Assembly: GCA_002269645.1 (NCBI GenBank)
Contig: NIVC01003881.1
Span: 1-25,790, forward strand
Length of the DNA stretch: 25,790 nucleotides
Origin: Macrostomum lignano
Taxonomy: Eukaryota
Direction: 5' to 3'
Part shown: positions 1 through 10,423 of the stretch, in pieces
Numbering within the stretch: the stretch's first letter is position 1
How the letters are laid out: the number at the start of each line of letters is the position of its first letter
Translations under genes and position numbers: made by a program
The notes under the pieces: model-generated
What the model saw: the letters and a program-made list of their open reading frames with translations, nothing else
Told to the model about the DNA's origin: nothing
The model's database searches: none

Positions 1-148
1 TCTCTGACGCTCTTTTCCACCGCCTGTCAGGAACTCGGCTTATTGTTTTGACAATAGTTTGTATTTCTCTCTCAGTTTGCGCTTGCAAATCTCAAGCATT
101 CTATAAGCAAATTATCAGGAATCAGCAAAAAAGCAACTAGAAGCAAAC

Positions 149-3100
149 ATGGCTTCCGACGGACCTCTGGCCTGCTGTAGAGTTCTTTGCTGCGTGTTTA
201 TTGTGTTCGTTAACATTATCAGCATTGTGAGTGGCCTGAGGGGGTTGATCTAAATGTAATTGTAAATTATGAGCCTCACAGACTGATGACATGTTAGTTC
301 TGTTGATTTAGAAATTGAGCTGATAGGCATTAGAGTGGGTGTCAGAATTAGTGCCGCGCCAATGAGTGTCAGGATCAGCGCCAGTGAGGGTGTCAGGATC
401 AGCGCCAGTGAGGGTGTCAGGATCAGCGCCAGTGAGGGCGTCAGGATCGGCGCCAATGAGGGTGTCAGGGTCAGCGCCACTCCGAATCTTCCCTGTAGAT
501 ATTCGGAGTGCTGTTCAGCATCCTAGGCATCCTGCTGCTGGTGGGTCATCCCTGATCCAGTCGATGTCCTCAACGGCTGCTTCCGACGGTGGCAACCAGA
601 CAGTCTCGATGTTCGGCAGCCACGTCAACGTTAGCAACTATTATTCGAGTCTGTCTGTCCTGTCCGGCTCCATGGCTGGCGTTCTCATCGGGCTGGGGAT
701 CGTCATCGTTATTGTGAGCTGCATCGGCTGCTTCGGAGCCTGCATCGGCGTCCCGCCTGCCTCATCATTGTAAGAGCCTGCGGATGTGTGCCATTATTTG
801 GGATGTTTGAAGCAGACCTGAAATTGATTGAAGTTTGCGCTTTTCTCTACGTGTAGACAAACTTATTCATCCAAAACAAGAAGTAGCTTGAAGAAAATTC
901 TTCTTTATCTTCAAGTCTTTCTGGATTGCGGAACCGGAACCGGAAGTAGCTCTTAGTCTAGATGGATTGCCGGAAGCGGGAACCGGAAGTAGCTCTTAGC
1001 CTGGCTTGATTGCCAGAAGTGGGAACCGGAAGTAGCTGTTAGTCTGGCTGGACCCAAACCACTCCAGTTCAACCCCCACCTAAACCACTCCAGTTCAACC
1101 CCTACCCCACACCATCCAGTTCAACCCCACCTAAACCACTCCAGTTAACCCCCACCCAAACAATCCAGTTCAACCCCCACCCAAACCCACCAGTTCAGCC
1201 CCCCCAAACCACTCCAGTTCAACCCAACCCAACCACTCCAGTTAACCCCCCCACCACTCCAGTTCAACCCCACCCCAGACACTCCAGTTCAACCCCCCTA
1301 CCCAAACCGCTCCAGTTCACCCCCACCCAAACCGCTCCAGTTCAAGCAGGGCACCAGAGACTCACTGCAAGTCCAGGTCTCCAATTCAAAGGCGACCGCG
1401 GCGATGACGTGGATTCGGCCAGCCTGAGCATGGTGCAGGCCATGTTCGGCTGCTGCGGCCGTTGACAACGGCACGACTTTCACGTTGGCATTCCAACTGG
1501 AACCGGAGTTACACATTGAGGACAAGAACAACAGGACTTCACTTTCAGTGGGTGTCGCTACCGTGAAATTGACTACTTAAACTGACCTAAAACCGACCCT
1601 GATAAAAACTCTGATCCTCCATACTTGACTTAAGCTGATAACTCAAAAAACTGACAGCTTCAACATAATGACAACTAATCAGACCTGACCTCTGCTAATA
1701 AGTGTCTCAAAACTGTTACCAACTCCAACTGACCTATCCTTAAAGTTTCATACAACTACAAATTACCTTCAAAGCTCCGACAGTAATCAAACCACTGAGT
1801 TCAACACCAACAAACCGCTTAGTTCTACCACAAAGCTACTCAAGGCCATAGACTTTCATCGTTGGCAAGCCATGGATAACTACAAGGCCAAGACGCAGTG
1901 ACAAACATAGACTACAAAGGCTGTTCCTATTCGCTACCAACCATAGAAATTTTAAACTACGCTCCCTAAAGCCTGACTGATAACTCCATAGACACAACAT
2001 GACTACACTAAGGCCATAACTACAAAGCATGACAACATAAAATTGATACAACCAAGACTACAAGGGACTACAACATAACACAAGGCCATAGACAAGCCAA
2101 AACTGACAAGGCTATGACTACAAAGACATGACTACAAGGCATAGACTACAGGGGCTACAACATAACTACAAGGCCATAGACTACAAGGCTAGACTAAGCC
2201 AAGATGACAAGGCATTGACTACCATAGACTACAAGGCCATAGACTAAGGCTAGACTGCCATAGACTACAAGGCATAGACTACAAGGTAGACAAAGCCATA
2301 GACTACAAGGCATAGACTACAAGGCTATAGACTACAACCATAGACTACAAGGCTATAGACTACAAAGCCTAGACTACAAATAGACTACAAGCATAGACTA
2401 AGCCAAAGATGACAAATAGACTACAACATAGACTACAAGGCCATAGACTACAGGGACTACAAGGCTATAGACTACAAGGCCATAGACTACAAGCATAGAC
2501 TACAAGCCAAGATACAATAGACTACAAAGCTAGACTACAAGCCAAGATGACCTAGACTACAAGCATAGACTACAAGGCCATAGACTATAGACTACAAGGC
2601 CATAGCTACAAGGCATAGACTACAACATAGACTACAAGCCATAGATCAAGGCAACTGCATAGACTAAAGCCATAGACTACAGGCATAGACTACAAGGCCA
2701 TAGGCTACAAGCATAGACTACAAGGCATAGACTACAAGGCCATAGACTACAAGAACCAAGGCTATTGACTCATGACTACAAGGCCATAGACTTAGGGACT
2801 ACAAGGCCATAGACTACAAGGCCATAGACTACAAGGCCATAGGATTTACAAGGCCATACTACAAGGCCATAGACTACAAGGCCATAGACTACAAGGCCAT
2901 TAGACTACTAAGCCATAGACTACAAGGCCAAAGACTAGTAAGCCATAGACTACTAAGCCATAGACTACAAGGCCATAGACTAACTACTAAGCCATTGACT
3001 ACTAAGCCATAGACTACTAAGCCAAAGACTAAAAGGCCATAGACTTACAAGCCATAGACTACAAGGCCATAGACTACAAGGCCATAGACTAACTACTAAG

Positions 3101-3466
3101 CCATTGACTACTAAGCCATGACTACTAAGCCATAGACTACTAAGCCAAAGACTAAAAGGCCATAGACTTCAAAGCCATAGACTACAAGGCCATAGACTCA
3201 AGGCCATAGACTTCAAGGCGATAGACTACAAGGCCATAGACTAGAAGGCTATAGGACTACAGGACCAAAGATCTATAAAGTCATAAATGATGAGTCCATA
3301 AGCTATAAAAGACAGTAGAACGCATACTGAAGACCCAACCGCACCCCCACAGATTCTGCTCATCATCGGTGCCCTGGTGATCTTCACCGTAAAGCGCCAA
3401 GAGCAGCAGGCCAGCCGCAGTGCCCATGCCGAGGTCGAGTACAAGATGGTGCGGCAGAATATTTGA
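149..3466 (+). CDS. Tetraspanin (spliced; visible exons 149-226, 499-769, ~1350-~1562, 3353-3466; frameshifted and incomplete as assembled)
   Basis: Exon 1 reads MASDGPLACCRVLCCVFIVFVNIISI, then GTGAGT at 227. Exon 2 follows CCCTGTAG (498) and reads IFGVLFSILGILLLVG..., then ...VLIGLGIVIVIVSCIGCFGACIGV(P)ACLII, then GTAAG at 770; this includes the TM2/TM3 GCFGA signature. The exon after CAG at 1349 gives ...DDVDSASLSMVQAMFGCCG, with the EC2 CCG motif at 1451-1459. The last exon follows CCCCCACAG and reads ILLIIGALVIFTVKRQEQQASRSAHAEVEYKMVRQNI*. Single-base gaps are needed at ~546, ~752 and ~1384. Confidence 0.85.
333..479 (+). repeat. 24-bp minisatellite in tetraspanin intron 1
   Basis: About 6 copies of GAGGGTGTCAGGATCAGCGCCAGT. 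Confidence 0.9.
925..1052 (+). repeat. ~47-bp degenerate tandem repeat, about 3 copies
   Basis: GGAACCGGAAGTAGCTCTTAG...GATTGCC recurs three times. Confidence 0.75.
1056..1345 (+). repeat. ~26-bp C-rich minisatellite
   Basis: About 11 copies of CCACTCCAGTTCAACCCCCACCCAAA, running up to the exon acceptor. Confidence 0.9.
1835..3305 (+). repeat. 15-bp minisatellite in last tetraspanin intron
   Basis: GCCATAGACTACAAG and variants; very degenerate on the left and regular on the right. Confidence 0.92.
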
Positions 3467-4876
3467 GCTCTTGATTAAGAAGAAATTCGAAACAAACAAC
3501 TATGCGGTTTGCAGTCTTTGTAATTTTCACAAACGGTGATGGTGCAAAAATTGCTTCCAATCGAGAAGCTGGTCTTAGATCAGGCTATGGCATGCCATTT
3601 TACAAATTTTCTACGTTGACACCGACTTATAAGCATGAACTGAACTCAGACTGAGGTTTAGAAGGAATCTCACTTCTTCCTTTTATCGACTGTAAACAAA
3701 CATTAGACATTTTTATCATCTCACAGCTCATGTGAGCTTAATTTTTATAATCCTTTTAATAATGTTCCTTCTTTCACTTGCATACCGAATGAAAGAATTG
3801 ATGACTGCCTCGGCGGATTTCCCCACCCACTCCTCTCATCTCCCATTCATTCCTCTCCCTTCATCTCAATTCCCTGCCCTTCCTCTCCTATTGTCTCTCT
3901 TCCCTGGTTCTTTCCCTTCCAGTCTTAGATCCTCGTATACAAAATCTCAAGATCCGTAACCAGCTCCACATCCCCAATACTCTGATTCCCCAAAGGGTAG
4001 CTACATGTATCAGTCCTTTTCATTTTTTCCCATTAATATTTCTTTCCTGTACAAACACATTTTCGTTTAAACTTTTCAATCACATTTGGTTTAATACTCG
4101 GTCACGCGAAAAAGATTCGTTTTATTGCACCAAGCTCTGAAAGCTATTTGTTTTAATCAATACGTTTTGTAGAATTTTTTACTGCGTCGTAGACTAACAA
4201 TATATGCTTTATATACTACTGTAGTAGCTTAATCATGATTGCAACGAAAACCGATTCTAGTTTTAAAAATTCAGTAGAAATCGTTTGCAGCTCCAGCTCG
4301 CACAGCTGACTGTTCGGACATTAACGAGTTCAAGAAAAAAGTTCATTTCGAAAAAAGTTTACTTTTGTACTGGATAAAATTGTTTTTTATAAATTTAATT
4401 CATTGAAACCTTATTTCTACTGTATATGCTACTGTCTGTCTGCACTACAGCTAGTACAAGCATCGTTTCTATAGTGTCTATAATTTATCCCGAAAAATAC
4501 AAAAAGTGCGTATAACCCTCTACTCTACTTTACAAAAACAATAACTGAGTGAATGGAGATTAAAAAATTAACTTATTTCTTTGTTTTACGTATAATAGTT
4601 TGACTGCAATAAAAGTATGGAAAGGTATATATGAGCCTAAACACGCACGTGTCCATGCACAGAGTCAAATATTAACCTCGAGGGGTGGGGAGGTTCCTTA
4701 AAGCTGCTAAATTTGTGGTAGATTTAAACAAAAACTTAATTTTAAATTTGAAATTTACAAAAAAATACACACTTCTTGCTTCCATGGTTAGTTTTGATCA
4801 GATTTAGTGTGCAATTTATGAGAACAGTTTAATCCCCATCAGGGTATGGAGATTAGTAATCCCAGATTATCCCTGG

Positions 4877-7833
4877 CTAAATATTTCTAGCTTTGAACAC
4901 GATCTTGTGCAGCGGCGGGGACCTCAGCACGGTGCCCTTGGAGAAGCTCGGATCCTCGGTGAGCTGCCACATTGTCCGGCTGTCCTCGGGGTCCAGGCTG
5001 AAGCTGTAGCGCTGCACAAGAGCCACGAAGAACACCAGCAGCTCCATGCGGGCCAGACTCTCGCCAAGGCAGGCCCTCTTGCCCAGGCCGAAGGTGGACA
5101 GGTGCGGGCTGGCCGCGAACTGCCCGTCCTCCTTCAGGTGCCGCTCCGGCAGAAACTTCTCTGGCTGCGGGAACACCGCCGGGTCGTGGTGGATGGCGTA
5201 CGTGTTGAAGGTGCAGATGCTGTCTGGCTGAAGCTTCCAGCCGCCACTGTTGGCCAGAGTGACTTCGTCCACAACTCGGTGGAAAACTCCCATTGGGGCG
5301 AGGCTGGCTTTGCGGTTGACTTCTTCGATCACGGCCTTGAAAATGAAGGACATTGTTGAGCGAGGGACATGAGAGGACATCATCTGAAACGAGGACATTG
5401 CCTGCTTCGAAGACATCATCTGAGACGAGGACATTACCTGCTTAGAGAACATCATCTGAGACGAGGACATGCCTGCTTCGAAGACATCATTGAGACGAGG
5501 ACATTACCTGCTTAGAGAACATCATCTGAGACGAGGACATTACCTGCTTAGAGAACATCATCTGAGACGAGGACATTGCCTGCTTCGAAGACATCATCTG
5601 AGACGAGGACATTACCTGCTTAGAGACATCATCTGAGACGAGGACATTACCTGCTTAGAGAACATCATCTGAGACGAGGACATTACCTGCTTAGAGAACA
5701 TCATCTGAGACGAGGACATGCCTGCTTCGAAGACATCATCTGAGACGAGGACATGCCTGCTTAGAGAACATCATCTGAGACGAGGACATTACCTGCTTAG
5801 AGAACATCATCTGAGACGAGGACATTGCCTGCTTAGAGAACATCATCTGAGACGAGGACATTACCTGCTTAGAGAACATCATCTGAGACGAGGACATGCC
5901 TGCTTGGAGAACATCATCTGAACGAGGACATGCCTGCTATAACATCATCTGAAACGAGGACATGCCTGCTTAGAGAACATGGTGTGGACCTCGGTCGAAG
6001 ACATCGTCTTTTTGAAGATGGCTTATGAACATTGCCTGTTTGAGGGAATCATCTGACAACCGACATCACCTGCTTTAACAAATCATTTAGGCACAGGTAC
6101 ACAGGCGTACCATTTAACGCATGCTCAAAAGCATCGGTCATCACAACAAAACAGTTCCTGGAAATTAAGTCACCGCAGTCATGCATCAGTCATTAAATCT
6201 TGTATTTAGCTAGATAATATGGGAAATGGCCCGCGCCTCTACATCGAGTTACTGGCAATTTTCTCCCAACCTGAGTGTACGGCAGTGCTGCTTTGTCCTG
6301 CATAGTGGCCAGCCGGTCGTTTCCAATGGCCTTCACAACCTCTTTGTGCACTTTCTCGCAGACATCCGGGTTGTCAATCATGTAGAGGATCGCCCAGCGA
6401 AGCGTGTTGGCCGTGGTGTCGGTGCCAGCAACGAACAGGTCGCTGACGGCCATGGTCAGACGGGTGTTGTTGAACATTTCGGGCTGGTCGCGCTGGTACA
6501 ACAGGTGCGCCTCGATATAGTCTCTGTGTGGTAACGTTTTTCACAGGGCTGCCTATACATGTACAGGTAAATGTACATGGAAGTATATGTAACAAAAGTA
6601 CATATACTACAGATACTACAGATATTTCTTGAGAATACTAAGTCAGATAGAGTGCGTTATGGGCCACTATTGCTGAGCATGTGCATGTTTATGTGCCATA
6701 TTATTGACCCTGCACCTCTTTCAGATGTACCTCATTGTCAGACAAAGTAACAGTACGTCATCGACAGACATGCACCTCAGTATCATCAGAGATTTATGTG
6801 CCTCATCCACAGATATGCACATGATCATCAAAAGTATACTACTAAAAATGTATACTGTTAGTGGTCCTTGGTTTTAAATTTACGGGTCTGACGAGAAACT
6901 GCACTTCTTATGATCAGGTACATATCTGTACTGTACTGTTCGTGGTCCTTGTGTAAAACTCGTCGTTGGATTAAACAGCGACATTCATCGGTTGAAAAAT
7001 TCCTCCATAAACTCACCTGGCTCTATCGACGCCCTCCATCTCGGCAATGTGCCTGTCCCGCTGTTCGTTGCAGTAGCTCTGCAGTCTCAAAAAATCGTCA
7101 ATGGCAGCCTTGGAAGCCGGCGTTTTGAACAGCAGATCGGCAATGAAAGGAAATCTCTCGATCACTGGCATCAGCGTCAGAAACATCGCGTTAGCCGAGT
7201 TCGTATCTTCGTTGTGTGTAATCTTGCGGAACACTTCGAGGATTTCTCCGAACTTCTCGTCCTCCGAGGCCAGCCGAGAGCCGAACACCAGCTGGCAGAT
7301 GATGTTGCTGGTCACCGTGCTCAACAGCACCGAAGTTTCCACCGGCTTCCCAGCCGCTTCGTCGAGCGTCTGCCGCAGGTGCTCCGCCTCAACGGCGATG
7401 ATTTCCTCGGCGCCGCGTCGGCCGAAGCCGAAGTCGCGCAGCGTCTTCAACGTGAAGCGACGGTACTCGCGCCACACCTCGCCGTCCGAAGCCACAATGC
7501 CGCCGATGTCGCCGAACAGACGGCGGTGAGCTTTTGGCTCGGACGTCCCGACAACTGGTCGGCGTTGTCCACCATGGCCTCCTTGAATGCGGAAAACTTG
7601 TTGAACACGTAGACGCACTGGGTGCCGAAGTGCACTCGAACGACGGGCTCCGAGCCGAAGTTCTCGTACAGCCAGAGGTACAGCGGCTCGCGGATGTGGC
7701 GCATGCTGCCAACCAGAGGGTAGCGACCAACTGACGGAGGCTCCCTGCCGTCCTCCAGCCGCTTCCGGCCGTACCAGTACAGTCCCAGGGCTGCGGCACC
7801 GCCGGCTAACACTAGGCTAGTTGAAACTGCCAT
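4877..7833 (-). CDS. Cytochrome P450, CYP2 clan; exons 7833-7017, 6523-6271, 5335-4877 (~509 aa)
   Basis: N-terminal anchor MAVSTSLVLAGGAAALGLYWY and hinge PPSVGRYPLVG. Motifs: C-helix WREYR, RDYIEAHL, I-helix LFVAGTDTT, K-helix EVNR, PERH, heme motif FGLGKRACLG. Splice sites are CCAG|GTGAGT (7016) to CACACAG (6524), phase 2, and CAG|GTTGGG (6270) to TTTTCAAG (5336), phase 0; the phases are compatible. One 1-nt gap at 7525-7526 (LT-RRLFG) joins the two ORF-track frames. Confidence 0.95.
5345..5980. repeat. 36-bp minisatellite in CYP intron 2
   Basis: About 17 copies of GAGACGAGGACATTACCTGCTTAGAGAACATCATCT; degenerate copies continue to ~6080. Confidence 0.93.
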
Positions 7834-8442
7834 TCTCTCAGCTGCAGTCTGCTTCAGCAAGGGTGTAAGCTTTGATTTCTGCACTAACTAACTGGTACTA
7901 TCTAACAGTCGCAGGTGACAGCCAAGGTCTTCTAGCAGGCTTAATGTTGAGTGAGAAAAACGTACCGTACCCCTAGCTTTTGTGTAAGTTGTGAATGTCT
8001 GTCCGGTAGCGTAGCTTGTACATGTACAGCCCTGCGATTAATTGCTGCTTGAATAATACCTCTTAGTGTTCTTCTGTCTATGCATGTCTGCCCCAGTCTG
8101 ACTATACCATACGTGCCTGTAACCTGTCATGGCTGTGTCAGTCGAGGGCAGGGCTGCAAAGTCTTCCTTGCCACCGCGTACACTGCGTGTACGTTTATAC
8201 GACGTCGGTAGCGTACGCAGAGGAGGGACAGGAGGGGCTGTGGCCTCTCCCCCCAATCGCACCAATAAAAATTGCTCTTCTCCAAGACAGGCACAGGGGC
8301 GCGCCCACCAAGAGACAGGGGCGCCCACCAAGAGACAGGGGCGCCCACCAAGAGACAGGGGCGCCCACCAAGAGACAGGGGCGCCCACCAAGAGACAGGG
8401 GCGCCCACCAAGACACAGGGGCGCCCACCAAGAGACAGGGGC

Positions 8443-8699
8443 CAGTGGCGTACCAAATCCAATCGCCTGGGGGGGGGGTTGGGTTGAGTGCGGCGGGTAC
8501 CAAAAACCATGAGGCAATTGAGTGCCTGCGGCGCCAAAATGAGTGCCTGCTGCGGCGCCAAAATGAGTGCCTGCGGCGCCAAAATGAGTGCCTGCGGCGC
8601 CAAAATGAGTGCCTGCGGCGCCAAAAGTGGCAATGGCATAAGGCTGGTCAGCCAGGCCAACCCGCCCCCCCCCAATTGAAATTCCTGGCTACGCCACTG
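8443..8699. mobile_element. Non-autonomous hAT-type MITE (257 bp)
   Basis: Termini are CAGTGGCGTA...TACGCCACTG (10-bp perfect TIR, with further G/C-run subterminal similarity). They are flanked by an exact 8-bp TSD, ACAGGGGC (8435-8442 and 8700-8707). 8-bp TSDs are diagnostic of hAT. Confidence 0.88.
8519..8626. repeat. 21-bp minisatellite internal to the MITE
   Basis: TGAGTGCCTGCGGCGCCAAAA, about 5 copies. Confidence 0.9.
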
Positions 8700-10423
8700 A
8701 CAGGGGCGCCCCACCAAGAGACACGGGGCCGCCCACCAAGAGACAGCTACATGTAGGGGTTCCCGCCTAGCAGAACAACACTGCAAAAGCTTACTGCACA
8801 AAGTGTCGAAAAGATCGCATTGCAGTACATTGCATTGATTTTGACAGCCACGATTACGATGAAAAATTTACAGTGCGATCGATATGAATGGGAATTTTTA
8901 CTTACTGTCGGTCTGAAATGTTAACTCTGTTGATTTCGGTCCTGCTAGAAAAGCTCATCTCCATACGTCTTTGTACTCGATCGTCGAGCCCGTGGACACT
9001 TAGCTTAATATCTTAATTAGATCTTTAGACCTTAGCACCAGAACGGAAATTGGAATAATTGCGAAGGTCAAGTCAAGTCAGCCACGTCATTTTTTATTGC
9101 CCGGGGGGTTGCCTGATGGTGCCTGAGGGTTTCTGTTGCTGCAAGGAGGGGTACACATGTAGCTACTTGTTAATTGGATTCAGTCGACATTGATTGTGAC
9201 TGCCAATTTAGTTTCCTACACGTACATTTATTTCCCTAATAGTCTAGAATTTATTGCACAATCCCACATGGTTTTGAGTAGGGATTCCCACACAACCTAG
9301 CCAATCCCGTTACGATGCCGTGCTAGCGGCTATAATGTAGTAGGCAGGTTGCGGACGACGTCGCTTGAATGCCGCACCGCAGTACATTCAGTCAAGGAGG
9401 AGACAAATTTAATCCTTTATATCCCACCTCCAGCTCAAACTGACGGTCGTACACACCAGCTATATGGACCTATTATATGTACATGTATGGTCATCTCTTT
9501 TCCGATTAGGATTCGCTATTCCTCCCGCGGTTAATTCTTACATGTACATGTGTACACCGAACTTCAGAAAATAATTGCGTTCCTATAAGGTTTCAAGTTA
9601 CTACTGTCAGTAAATGATACGCAAATATAGTACATATTTCAATTACTGGCGGGATCGGCAAACCGAGGCCGAGGCATTCAAATCGCGAGGCTTTTTTCAC
9701 TGGGCATGTACCTTTGACTTTAGCAGATGTCCATAATGCTCCCTATACATTGGGAAAGCCTATAGAATCTGAAATTCATCGCGTTCATTCGATCAAATCA
9801 ATTAGATTTAGATTTGCTTTTCAATCTTCCGAGCCGCGGCCGGGATCAAGAGGGAATCATGCAGCTTATAATAGTAATAGCTTATACAATAGTGCCGTAA
9901 TATATTCACATACAAGTAGCTACGATACCCACTAGAATACGCATATATGTACAGAGCAGGCGCGTTGCTAATCTTAATTAATAATCTAACCGCAAACCGC
10001 AAACCGCAAATGTAACCGCACAATCATGTACATGAGCCCTACCCCAGCTTAAACCCTAACGTCAATTTAAAGGGCCGGTATTCTCTTTTCAACAAAAATG
10101 AACGGCCTAATCTATTGTGAGAGTCATTAAAATTTTGCGGACATAATTCCAAAAATTTGAATAAGAAGAAGTGCATTTTTAATAAATTTTATTGCGCTTT
10201 ATTAACAGCCGCAGAAGAGTGCAACTGAATGTTCTATTTAAAGAAAATAGCTATTATTATATTCAGTTTCTTACAAACTGTCAGAATCTGTCACAATCTG
10301 TCAAAATTGGTATCATTATTGTGTAATCTCGTTGTGAAACCACAGTTCTGTAAGCGGAAAGGATTCCTATCTCACATTAGGCCTAGTATCTGTTTGGTAC
10401 ACATCAATATCTATTAGAATCGA

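Larger units (their letters stand above)
8297..8746. repeat. 20-bp minisatellite interrupted by the hAT MITE
   Basis: GAGACAGGGGCGCCCACCAA, about 7 copies at 8297-8442 and about 2 at 8700-8746. Confidence 0.9.

Noticed and set aside
925-1052. ETS (CCGGAAGT) enhancer cluster
   Set aside because: The motif multiplicity is explained by tandem repetition of one unit, and there is no independent support.
4100-4870. Overlapping antisense 3' UTRs of tetraspanin and CYP
   Set aside because: Poly(A) signals are ambiguous (AATAAA at 4608 on +, several ATTAAA/AATAAA on -) and cannot be resolved without transcripts.
4907-7799. Plus-strand and alternate-frame ORFs over the CYP exons
   Set aside because: They are antisense or shadow ORFs of GC-rich coding sequence.
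8038-8801. Several overlapping 100-224 aa ORFs
   Set aside because: They are produced by GC-rich 20-bp and 21-bp repeats and the MITE; no transposase or other domain is present.
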